From the NCBI RefSeq assembly GCF_006345805.1, contig NC_043008.1, forward strand, positions 67,146,001-67,210,000: a DNA stretch of 64,000 nucleotides, in the 5' to 3' direction. This stretch comes from Octopus sinensis. Its lineage: Eukaryota. Both the position numbers and the translations under genes were made by a program. Positions 49,713 through 62,840 of the stretch are shown one piece after another; the stretch's first letter is position 1, and each line of letters opens with the position of its first letter. The notes under the pieces are model-generated. The model worked only from the letters and a program-made list of their open reading frames with translations. It was not told the origin of the DNA and did no database searches.

Positions 49713-50105
49713 CAACAGCAGTGTTTTCCCCGTCAGCTTTGCTGGAAGTTTTGCTGTCATGGATATGGATTCTATGTAATCTCTTCCCATTCCCTCCCTC
49801 CATCCCCCCTCTCTCTCTTTCTATCTCTCTCTCCCTCTCTCTCTCTCGCTCTTCCGCTTGGATTCTTTCATTTTCTTTCCCTCTCTATCTCTCTTTCTCT
49901 GTCTCTCTCTTTCTCTGTCTCTCTCTTCTCATTTCAGCCTTTCTTTTCCCTTTCTCTCACTCCATCCTCCCTCTCTCTCTTTATCTATCTATCTATCTAT
50001 ACATACATATATCTATATATACACATATATACATATAACATATATACATATATATATACATACATATATATATATATACATATATACATATATACATATA
50101 TATAT

Positions 50106-50140
<35 letters not shown>

Positions 50141-50338
50141 ATATACATATTATAATATATATATATATATAATAATATATAATTATATAGATTATACATA
50201 CATAAACATACATTACATACATACAGACATACATACATACATACATACATACATACATACATACATACATACGGCCGCAGTCAAATGACTGAAACAAATA
50301 AAGGAATATATATTTATCAACAGTGCGACATATATTCG

Positions 50339-50381
<43 letters not shown>

Positions 50382-50428
50382 TACATATGGAATATTCCAT
50401 ATGAATATATCATATGACTATATATTAT

Positions 50429-50472
<44 letters not shown>

Positions 50473-51178
50473 GTGAAAATATAAGTGTGAAGATATATAT
50501 ATATAGGTGTGTACTTTCTATACTCTGTATGTATGTATGTAATCTCATCGCCACTAAACAATGTATGAGGTCGCTAACTGTCACCATAGGGCAATGTCTA
50601 CGTGGTCATTTGACGAGCTAGAAACAGGAACCAACCTCCCTCAAATCCCATTCGATTTTCTTTACGCACGAGAAAGGTCGCACAGGATAATGTAGACCAA
50701 GATAACCCCTAGAAAGGCGAAGAGAAGGGGGAGGATGTGATAGTTTTGATCATTGGATCAGAACCGACCTAGAACTACACAAACAGCCCAGGAGACACAG
50801 AGAGACAGTGTCAAGCAGGCAGACAGACAGGCAAGCAGATATCTCCATATAATCGATATCTAACCTCCAATAAGAGACACCCGTATCTCCCGCTCCACCA
50901 ATGATATTGGTGTTCGACCGACCAACCATTGTCCGGGAGTCACATACTGTTGTCGTTGTTGTTGCTGTTGTTGTTGCAGCAACTGTTATGATTCCTTCTT
51001 TTTTATTCATTTCTTTTTGTCGCGGTTGTTGCTGTTCTTTTATCTTTTATCATTTATTTGTTTCAGCCATTAGACTGCGGCCATGCTGGGGTACCACCTT
51101 TAAGAAATTTTAGCAGAATGAGTCGACTTCAGTATTTTTTTTTAAGGCCTGATTCTTATTCTGTAGTTCAATAAACGT

Positions 51179-51590
51179 AGGAGTGGCTGTGTGGTAAGTA
51201 GCTTGCTTACCAACCACATGGTTCCAGGATCAGTCCCACTGCGTGGCACCATGGGCAAGTTTCTTCTACTATAGCCTCGAGCCGACCAAAGCCTTGTGAA
51301 TGGATTTAGTAGGCGGAAACTGAAAGAATCCCGTCGTATGTATGTATATTTATATATGTATTTGTGTGTATATGTTTGTGTGTCTGTGTTTGTCCCCCCG
51401 ACATCACTTGACAACCGACGCTGATGTGTTTACCTCCCCGTAATCTAGCGATTAGGCAAAAGAGACCGATAGAATAAGTACTAGGCTTACAAAGAATAAG
51501 TCCTGGGATCGATTTGCTCGACTAAAGGCGGTGCTCCAGCATGGCCACAGTCAAATGACTGAAACAAGTAAAGAGTAAAAGAGTAGAGTA
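51179..51590 (+). mobile_element. Full-length SINE family B
   Basis: tRNA-like head GGAGTGGCTGTGTGGTAAG..GGATCAGTCCC, internal microsatellite, (GTAAAAGA) tail. Confidence 0.9.
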
Positions 51591-51599
51591 TATAAAATA

Positions 51600-51850
51600 A
51601 TAAATGCGCCCTTTTAAAGCCTAGCCAGGCTCATAGGCCCGGATTCTCGGTTTCTATGGCGTATGTGTTCCCCAGCTGGACGGGACGCCAGTCCATCGCA
51701 GCGTTACTCATTTTTGCCAGCTGAGTGGACTAGAGCAATGTGAAATGAAGTGTTTTGCTCAAGAACACAACGCGTCGTCCAGTCCAGGAATCGAAACTAC
51801 AATCTTACGATCATGATGCTGACACCCTAACCACTAAGCCACGCGCCTCC
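51600..51850 (-). mobile_element. tRNA-derived SINE sharing head and central domain with family D but with a different tail
   Basis: GGAGGCGCGTGGCTTAGTGGTTAGGG head; CTTGAGCAAAACACTTCATTTCACATTG domain. Confidence 0.8.
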
Positions 51851-51913
<63 letters not shown>

Positions 51914-52189
51914 ATTCACTCACAAGACTCGAAGCTGTAAATAGAAGACACTTTGTCCACGGTGCCACGCAGTGGGAGTGAATCTGTGAACTGATATCAT
52001 TCATTGAATTAATTTGATCCTTATATAACAGAATTAATGCCCAATATTGCAGTTGATATTTCTGGATAAAATGCTGTGGATTGACAGACTCGTGAACGTG
52101 TCGGATAAAATTCTTAGCAGCATTTTCTCCGGCTTTGTCCCCTCTGAGAATAATGGCGAGATGAAGATGAAGCCTGGGTATAGAAAGAA

Positions 52190-52221
52190 AGAAAGATAGA
52201 GAGAAAGAGAGAAAGAGAGAA

Positions 52222-52265
<44 letters not shown>

Positions 52266-52472
52266 CAGAAAGAAAAGAGAGAGGGGTAGGAGAAAGAGAG
52301 AGAGAAATATTGATCAAGTAAAGGGATAATAGGAGATAATGAGGAGAGCGAAAAGAAAGAAAGAAAGAAAGAAAGAAGGAAGGAAGAAGGAAGGAAGAAA
52401 GAAATGAAAGAAGGAAGAAGGAAAGAACGAAGGAAAGAAAGGAGGAAAGAAAGAAAGAAAGGAAGAAAGGAA

Positions 52473-52503
<31 letters not shown>

Positions 52504-52555
52504 GAAAGAAAGGAGGAAAGGAAGGAAGGAAGAAGGAAGGAAGAAAGAAGAAAAA

Positions 52556-52599
<44 letters not shown>

Positions 52600-52600
52600 A

Positions 52601-52636
<36 letters not shown>

Positions 52637-52679
52637 GAAGGAAGGAAGGAAAGGAAGGAAGGAAAGGAAGGAAGGAAGG

Positions 52680-52716
<37 letters not shown>

Positions 52717-52720
52717 CATG
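52190..52720 (+). repeat. ~530-bp almost pure purine (GAAA)n/(GGAA)n tract
   Basis: Direct reading of the sequence. Confidence 0.95.
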
Positions 52721-53858
52721 AGGAATAAAGTAGAAAGAGAGCGAGAAGGGTCTGGGAAAGAAGTTTAGGAAGAAGGAAGAGAAGGAAATAAAAAGTGTAA
52801 CGGGGTGGTAGAAGAGAAAGGTTCGACAACGAAGAGAGACGATAAAGCAGGCAAAAAGAAAGAGAAAGAAGATCATAAAAAGAAATAATAAACAAATAAC
52901 AGAAAGGGAAGAGAAAGGGGACGGGCTAAGTGAAAAGTGAAGGAGGGAAACAGAGAAAGAAATAGAAAGAGTGATAGCATAGTGATAAATAGTCGAGAGT
53001 GAGAGAAGACGAGGAAGAGGAAGAGAGAAATTTAAACGATGAAAGCTGAAATATTAGAGAATCAAAAATAATGAGAAAGAGAGAAGAGGAATTGGATAAA
53101 GAAAGAAAGAAAGAGAGAGAGAGAGAGGGTGGAGATGCTGATAGGTATGTTATAATTCCCACTGTGTAAATAAAAATAATTGTGAAGAAAAGAGAAGCTA
53201 GATTAGTGTTACGTACGTTTCGGTGAACGACTGCCATTATTTAATATTACATACAAAAGCTAAGCAATTTCGTGCAATAAATTTAGACGTACATTCACTT
53301 CTTTAGACACTATAATTTGATCACAGATGCTTTTCAGATCTAAGAACTCTAGATATCCGAAATTTTCAGTATATGTCTAAGTTCCTACTGACGTCTTGGA
53401 AAGTACCTCCTTCACCAGATTGAATAACTGTACCACAGACTCTAAACTCTAAGCCACTGTCTTTTGAGCCTTATAATTTAAGGTTTAAAGGAAATGACTC
53501 TAATTCCCCTTTTTGCTTCTTTCTGATTTCTTTTTCCTTTTCCGGCTTTTCAACATTTATATATGCTTCCTTTACGCCTTTTCCCGCTTTTTTTCCTCGT
53601 CCTATTTCTTTGTTCGTTATGCCATATGAGCAGTGTCCGATGATTGTGTTTTAAAACACTGTTTGGCATGTTCTCAGCACATGAGACAAATACTAACACA
53701 TAAAAAAACATATATTGCATTTATTAAATGATATATATGCATATACATACATACATACATACATACATACATACATACATACATACCACAGACACACACC
53801 ATATATATATATCAATTATATAATATATATAATATATATATACTATATATATATATAG

Positions 53859-53889
<31 letters not shown>

Positions 53890-53968
53890 TATATATACTA
53901 TATATATATACATACATACATACATACATACATACATAATACATACAACATACATACATATATATATA

Positions 53969-54019
<51 letters not shown>

Positions 54020-54553
54020 ATATAATAGGTAAAAAGTGAAAAACTACAGAAGGCTTGTTTAAAAGGTTAAAAAAAATATATATTTGAGTCAATATGTCTG
54101 AAGAATGTATCATTGTTTTTCCTACAATGACATAATTTAGAAGAATGACCGGTTTCGCGTTCAGCTTTTCAAATTTCTTACATCGTTATGTTTATGTTGA
54201 GAAGAGTTATCGTTATGTTTATGTTGAGAAGAGTTCCAAATAAAGGGAGGTAAAAGTGATTCTGATTTCTTCCGGTGTAAGGGAGATAATCGCTTAAAAT
54301 TTTTTGTCTTTCCTTTGGAGTGAATTCTCTGTATAAGTATGTTGGAATAGTTAAGTCTGGGCTTGTACTTTTCAATGAAGAATGTTTCCTGTTTAGTCTA
54401 ATTTGTGTTGGTGTTCCGATAGCACATTGGTAAAATGGAAAGATTAAAAATTGTGGTAGTAGTTGCTACATGTATCACTATATCCTGTTTATTATTCTAC
54501 CTTTATGGGCTTTATTTCGCCGGAAAATAATATTATTGTATTGTAATAAATAT

Positions 54554-54603
<50 letters not shown>

Positions 54604-54606
<3 letters not shown>

Positions 54607-56211
54607 TGGCGAAAATAAATTAAGACCGATGATAAAAGTTCTATTTCTTACAAAATATTTTGTTGCTAACGCCATACAAATTATTTCTATCTTTTACACC
54701 TTGTGCAGAATTTATTTCTCTTTCCAATGATGCAGGCAATAACTACTTTTATACAACTTGAAGAATTCTAATGCTAAATTAATATAAACGTTTCAAATTT
54801 ACCGGCAAAATTAGTTTAAGACCATGTAATATGTATGCAAATCTTTTTGCCAAAATAGGTGGTTATACAACTAGCCTAACTGCACTATATAGTGTTATAA
54901 TTTAACGTTATAAAAATTTATTAATAAGGGGAAAACAACGTAGCCTCAGTCAAGTCATGAGAGCAAAAATCGTATTCCACCAGCAAAAAGTTTCCTTTTC
55001 GAACATCAGCAAGCAACTAAAGTGCAATAAAACGTCTTGCATGCAATAGTGGAAGTTATACTCGGAGATTATTCAATATAAAGATCGGCAAAGGATTGGC
55101 GCCCCAAGAAAAACGACAACGCAGTTGGACCGTCGAATCCACTGACTTTCGGAAGGCAACCAAATGCTGATAGCCGTTGACATTTGTAAGCAATTGTCCA
55201 ACGAGAATGGTGCTATTTTTACATCACAAACCGTCCGCAACCATTTGAGAGAATTTGGACTACATGGACGAATCGCTAGGAAAAAGCCAATATTATTCGA
55301 AAGAAATCGACTCAAACGCCTTAATTTCGCAAAAAGCCATGCTCAATGGACTGGAAGGTTGGTGCAGGGTCCTTTGGAATGACGAGTCACGCTTCTGTAT
55401 ATTTGGATCAGATGGTAAAACATACGTCAGACGTCGCCCAACCGAAGAATTCCATCCGAATTACGTGGAAAAGACGGCGCAAGCGGGTGTGATGGTGTGG
55501 GCGGCATTTAGTAGCTTTGGTGTTGGCCCTTTAGTTAAAGTTGATGGAAAGCTAAATAGTGTACGTTATATGACTCTACTATAGGATACTGTTGTGCAAT
55601 ATTTGACTCACCAAATGCCTCCGGGGACTATTTATCAACAGGACAATAGTACAATGTTATGGAATTTTTTGATCACCATAATATTGACATAATCGAATGG
55701 CCTTCTCAGAGCCCGGACCTGAATCCGATCGAGAACTTGTAGAATTATGTTTCCAAAAAAGCCCATGCTAAAAAACCATCTAATCTAAAACAATTATTCG
55801 ATTATATCAATAAAATATGGCAAAACATTCCCATAGAATTTTGTAATCACTTAGCGAATTCAATGCCGAGGCGTCGTTAAGCCGTTATTAATAATAAAGG
55901 TTATGGCACAAAGTACTAATATGTATTTCGTTCTTGTTGCTCATTTTGCTACAATCTTAAGCTTTAAATAAAATTATAATAATACGGTCTTAAACTAATT
56001 TTGCCGGAAAATTTGAAACGTTTATATTAATTTAGCATTAGAATTCTTCAACTTGTATAAAAAATAATTATTGTCTGCATCATTGGAAAGAGAAATAAAT
56101 TCTGCATAAGGTGTAAAAGATAAAAATAATTTGTATGGTGTTAGTAACAAAATATTTTGTAAGAAAGAGAACTTTTATAATCAGTCTTAAATTTATTTAT
56201 TTTCGCCAGTG
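54604..56211 (+). mobile_element. Tc1 transposon with ~220-bp IR/DR-type TIRs and decayed transposase (~54958-55918)
   Basis: CACTGGCGAAAATAAATTAAGACC at both ends with inner GGCAAAATTAGTTTAAGACC repeat; WNDESRF, VMVWAAFS, QQDN, WPSQSPDLNPIENL, GYGTKY*. Confidence 0.93.
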
Positions 56212-56870
56212 TCGATATAAGTTGAATAAAGTTAAAACATAGTCTGGTATTCACGTTTTTTTATTATGGTCTTTCAACAAAATTAGCTCTTTCATACATA
56301 GTGTATTCATCAGATTTCTAATGTGTTTAACTGACAGTTGAGTTCTTAACAACTTTAGTACCTCTTAGAATGCTCCAACCAGCTGAATGTTCAGAATACC
56401 TTTTTGATCAATCCGCATGCTCTTGAACAGGTGTACCGATATTCAGTAACTTACATGTTCGTTTTATATACATGTGTGTATGTGTATGTATCAGTGTATG
56501 TATGAATGTATGCATGTTCATATGTGTGTGTATGTCTGTATGTATATATGAATTTATATATGTATGAAAGAGAAAGTGAGAAGAGTTTTGGAACGAGACT
56601 CTTGACTCTTCAGTCACTGCAATAGTACTATCAACCTAGCGCCTATACCAGAGGATCTCTCAGTATTCGGTGTTCTGACAAGGGCATCCACGTTAAGGTA
56701 GATATAAAGCTTACCTATGTACTCTACACTTTAAGTATTGAGTTCTTTTGTTCCCATTTGTATCCCAAATGAGCCTGTGAGCATGTATGTATCGTATAAT
56801 AGATGATATGATATAATATAATAATGATACAATATAATACTACACATACAGTCACATATGCGTATGTCCA

Positions 56871-57272
56871 TACTCTCTCTTTTACTCTTTTACTTGTTTC
56901 AGTCATTTGACTGCGGCCATACAGGAGCACCGCCTTTAGTCGAGCAAATCGACCCCAGGACTTATTCTTTGTAAGCCCAGTGCTTATTCTATCGGTCTCT
57001 TTTGCCGAACCGCTAAGTTACGGGGACGTAAACACACCAGCATCGGTTGTCAAGCAATGCTAGGGGGACAAACACAGACACACAAACACACACATACATA
57101 TAGATACATATATACGACAGGCTTCTTTCAGTTTCCGTCTACCAAATCCACTCACAAGGCATTGGTCGGCCCGGGACTATAGCATAAGACACTTGCCCAA
57201 GATGCCACGCAGTGGGAATAAACCCGGAACCATGTGGCTGGTTAGCAAGCTACTTACCACAAAACCACTCCT
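56871..57272 (-). mobile_element. Full-length SINE family B
   Basis: Reverse complement of 51179-51590. Confidence 0.9.
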
Positions 57273-58700
57273 GCGCCTATACAGGGATACAGGGATATCA
57301 ACACATGTATACCTATATGTATACCCGCCTAAATCTATCTCCATTCATAAACAAGAGAATATATGACAAAAGTCACAGTACTGGGTCGAACAGTAAAATA
57401 TGAGCAAATGGTGGTGGTAGTGATGATGGTGATGGTGGCGATGGTGTTGATGGCGGCGATGGTTGTTTATGCTGATTATCGTAGTTGTAGTGATATTGTC
57501 ACTACTGACGCTGATTCCATAAAAATTATTCACCATTTATTTATATTTATTTATATATTTGTTTATTCATTTATTCATTCATTTGTTTATCTTATCTATC
57601 TACTCTTTTCCCAACCTTTTTATCATTTCCTTCGCTTCGGTTACTTGTTTAAATTACTGGCATTTCTTTCTAAAAGCTATTCCGGAGAGGCAAGAAAGCT
57701 TGTGATATTAATATCAATACGTGTGTGTGTGTGTGTGTATGCACATACATATACACACAAATACACATATATATAGATAATGCTATATATAGATATATAT
57801 ATAATATATATATATATATAGAGAGGAGGAGAGAGAGAGAGAGAGAGAGATAGATAGATAGATATGTGTGTATGTAATGTGTGTGTGTGTGTGTGTGTGT
57901 GTGTATGCATATATATCTTCGAGATAATTTGGTTAATACTGGTGAGACTGGTTCCATGAGTACCAATGTTAATGATTTTCCTAATAGCCAGTTTGGTAGC
58001 GAAGGTTTGAATTCTAATATAAGTTTCAACAATAGTGGAGGTAATAGCTTTTCAATTAATGATAATTCAATTGTTAAAGGTGCAAGTAGGGGTGAAAATT
58101 CCTTGTAATTGCAGAAAAACAAAGAAAATTGTTATATGGTTAATTATAATATATATATATATATATAATATTATATAATATATATATATATATATATATG
58201 CATATATGGGTACAGGACGTCAGCAACAGCTGCAAATAACATGAAAACGTAAACAACGAGAAAAAGTGGAAAATAGGACAAGTAAATACACAGAAAGGAC
58301 CCTTCATCAGTTGTCGGCTGTCTATCTACTCCTCATTTCGAGCATTCAACGACAATATGAGTTTCCAATGACAGTTGCTCCCATAAATTCTAAAAGAGGG
58401 GAAAGAGAGAGTGAGAGAGAGAGATAAAAAAAACGGTGAAGGAGGGAGGGGGAGAAAAAGGGAATTAGAGAAGAATGGAGGAAGAAAACAGTGTAGAGTC
58501 GCATCAAAAAGGTGAAGATAAACTAAATCTCCACGAAGCTCCGGCAGGGTGTGGTGGTGATCCCTGCTGTACTCTTTCACTACAACTTTATCTCACTCGC
58601 TTAGCCAGCGGAGTGGCGTCGTTGAAGGCTAAAACAATGCGAAGCGCATTGTAACTAGCGATGTGTAGCAACATCTGATGGCCTGGTCGGTCACGTGATA

Positions 58701-58760
<60 letters not shown>

Positions 58761-59167
58761 CATACGTATGCATATATGTAAACAGACAGACAGAAAGCGG
58801 AAACAGCTGTGAGGTTAAGAAGAACGTTTTGCAGCCACGTGATTTCGGGTTCAGTTCCATTTTGTTTCAACTTAGGCAAGTGTCTTCTATTATATCCAAG
58901 GGCCGATCAATGCGTAGTGAATGAATTTGGTAGATGGAAACTGTGAGGAGGCCCGTCGTATATGTTGATGGGTCTTCAATTTATGTTGTGCTCGATGTTC
59001 ACCGCCTTGTGGCCACCAGTATTGATTTGTTTATGTCCCAGTAACATAGCAGTCCTGAAAAAGAGACCGATAGAAAAATAAGTAATGGGGCAGATTTGTT
59101 CGGCTAAAACCGTCAAGGTGGTACCCTAGCATGGCTGCAATCCAATGACTGAAACGATTAAAAGGTA

Positions 59168-59201
<34 letters not shown>

Positions 59202-59394
59202 CTGAAAGAGAGAGCGAGTGTGTTCGTGTAGTGAATGAACGTACATGAACCCAGTTCATCTTAAAGAAGATATTAATCACTGAGTGTAAACAACGGTTTA
59301 ATGCCTTTTTTATTATGTGAATTAAATAAACAGAGAATAAAATCTCCAATAAATCACACCCAAAAATTGTGGTGTAGTTATCACAAGTTATCTT

Positions 59395-59439
59395 GCGGGA
59401 AATTCAAATGTTTCGGTAACTCATAACCTCATCAGCCGG
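59395..59439 (-). ncRNA. Type I hammerhead-like fold (G16.2 apparently mutated)
   Basis: CCGG-CTGATGA-GGT TATGAGTT ACC-GAAA-C ATT TG AAT T-TC-CCG. Confidence 0.65.
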
Positions 59440-60980
59440 TGTTGAACTAAAGTCAGTCACTTAGTCACAATATACGGTATTTCTACAAGACACGTGATTG
59501 GTTTATAAAACTCCCAGGAACAGACAATCTTGTAAATATTTACATACGTAAACATACTGATCAACACCGGGCTGACTTTAATTACCGAAGATAATTGTAC
59601 TGATTTTTGTTTTTTGTAGCTGAGAAACTAAAGAAGTAGGAATTATAATAACTGACATTATTTCCTTTTGTCTTTGTCCATTGGATATGCATATAGTACA
59701 ATATGTAGTTTTATATCTAATGTATATGGGGAGAATTCACAAAAAAATAAAGATGAAGATAGGTGGTGTAGACAATAAACATATGCATATTTACGGCGAT
59801 GTAACGTGGGTCAATTTTTATTATACTAAACATATAATACTTTACATAACTGTTTATACGTTTACATTTTATAATACTGCAACATATGACCAGTGATGTC
59901 ATTGTCAGTTCATGAAAAAAAAAAGTAGTTCCACCTTACAATGACGACACTTAAAGTTGACATGGTGATGAAACTGAAGAAGACAATGACATAATCGAGA
60001 CAGACGACAGTGTAATCGAAACTGAAATTACAAAATTGAGAACGAAGATGACGAATTTGAGGTTGACGTTGTTGAGACTAAATATATTTTAACAGCACGT
60101 TGATTTATGGGCAACCTTTGACGCCTTGTAATAACAAGTTAGACAGTGTGCGATATCAAATACCGGTCTTTGTTATCAGGACTAACTAGTGTGCAACATT
60201 TGGTGTATTGCATTTTCGGGTTAAGTAATATTAATTCAATATTAACAAAATAATGAAGACCACTCATATTTTTGTTGATCTTTTCTCAAAGGTCAAGCAT
60301 TAATAAGATGATGTAAAATTATTTATTATAAATCTGTTGGTGGAGTTCTCCAGATTTAAAGGATTCCACAAAAGAAAGACGAGAAATTTTATTGATTCCT
60401 GTTTTATCTGTTATCGTTTAAGCTACAAACGATAATACTTACTAACGAATCGCTATTATTTTTAGTTCCTTCTCCTCCAAGCTAAACCAAATCTCATGAG
60501 TTCTTCCACAATATACATTACGCCGTCTATTTTTTTTAAAATTTTCTTGTTGATTTATTTTGAAGCTCTGCCAATGAAGCAGCGACGATATCTCCAAGAG
60601 GTCGCTCAACTTGCTAGAAATAGATCAAATAATTCATTTTCATCTTACAAGACGAAGGACATATTGAACTATAATATTTGCTCACACACACACGGCGTGG
60701 GCGTGATTGTATGGTAAGAGGTTTGTGCGGGCTCAGCCCTAGTCCATGATACCTTGGGCAAGTGTCTTTTCCTATAGTCTCAAACCGACTAAAGCCTTAT
60801 GAGCGGATTTACTGGACGGAAACTGAAAGAAGCGCGTCTACGGTGTTCATTACTCGAAATACAGATCGTCCCTCGAGACATTTTATGTTCGAAAATTTAT
60901 TCGTAAACCGATTTGTTCGTGGTGAGAGGTGTTCTCACTGAAAATATACATGCATATATACATATATACGCATATCTATG

Positions 60981-61085
<105 letters not shown>

Positions 61086-61130
61086 GACAGATAGATAGAT
61101 AGATAGATAAACAGACAAACTACAGACAGG

Positions 61131-61256
<126 letters not shown>

Positions 61257-62024
61257 TGGACATACGACCGGATCGCTCAATATGACCTTCGACTTTAATC
61301 AGTTTAATTATCGTGCTTATCATTTCGCAAATTACAACCAATTTGTTTTAAACTCTTAATTTTTAATCAAATTGTCCTGTACCATTCATATTTTCATTAA
61401 GAACGCTTGTGTGTGTGTGTGTGGTGTGTGTGTGTGTGTGGTGTGTGTGTGTGTGTTCTAAATTTTAAGCTAAAAGTAGCTCTGTTATGTAAACATTATT
61501 GACGTCACTTAATGTATAATAATAAGAAAACAAAATTCTGTCTGTCCCCTGGGACCCCTGTATCTCGGTCTACATTTACTCTACATAGACATATTATACC
61601 TTTTTGGGGAATCAAGGTGATCCCGGGATTGAAAATCTGGGGTCTTTTCTGTTTGGCTGCCAATTTTCAATCTCTTCAATTTCTGTTCCAATTGATTTCA
61701 TATTCGGTGTAATGATATATTTTATATGCTAACCAATGCCTTGAAATTCATTTTCGAGAGCTTTTAGCTTTTAAAGTTTGCAAATTTGGGTAATTTTAGC
61801 CAATCGTAAACCACAGATATATTCATCCCTGTTTCCATAGTAACAAGCCGAGCAGACAAAACATGAGAACTCTTTTGTCTGCAAGAAAGCACGTGTTAAC
61901 AAATATATTCTATTTATTGAGGTGGTGGTTAGATGTGCTAAATATAACAGCTAAGTAGGCCTTAAATCACGCACCCCCAACATTTTTGTTTTGATCTTTG
62001 CATAATCGTATGAATTTCCGCGTG

Positions 62025-62809
62025 TACTCTTTTACTCTTTTTTACTCTTTTACTTGTTTCAATCATCTGATTGTAGCCATGCTGGAGCACCGGCTTTAGT
62101 CGAGCAAATCGACCCCAGGATTTATTCTTTGTAAGCCTACTACTTATTCTATTGGCCTCTTTTGCCGAACCGCTAAGTTATGGGGACATAAACACACCAG
62201 TATCGGTTGTCAAGTGATATTGGGCGGGGGACAAACACAGACACACAAACATATACACTCGCACATACATATATATATATTTACATATATACGATGGGCG
62301 TGTTTCAGTTTCCGTTTATCAAATCTACTCACAAGGCTTTGGTCGGCCCGAGGTTATAGTAGAAGAAACTTGCCCAAGGTGCCACGCAGAGGGACTGAAC
62401 CCGGAACCATGTGGTTTGTAAGCAAGCTACTTACCACACAGCCACTCCTACGCCTATCTAGAATACAAATTCGCAAAAATTTTCTGAAAATCCCACCACC
62501 AAAATCTATGAGGGGTTAGATGACGTGTGTAAAGCAGGATTCCGCCAATATTTCATTTGTTTACAGTTGACAACACATGCTGTCATGCACAAAATGACAG
62601 ATTCCAAATCCTGTTTTCTGACTGGGTGAAAATTATCAAACTTTAAACCTCTAACGTTGTTTTAAACAAATTCCTGGAAAAAGTGGAGTATCTCCTGAGA
62701 TTCGGCTTAGAAAACTACATTAATGTATCAAATTTTAGAATTTTCAATGAATCTTGAATTTTCGAAAATTGGCATGGTTCCGGGTTCAGTATATATATAT
62801 GTGTGTGTA

Positions 62810-62840
<31 letters not shown>

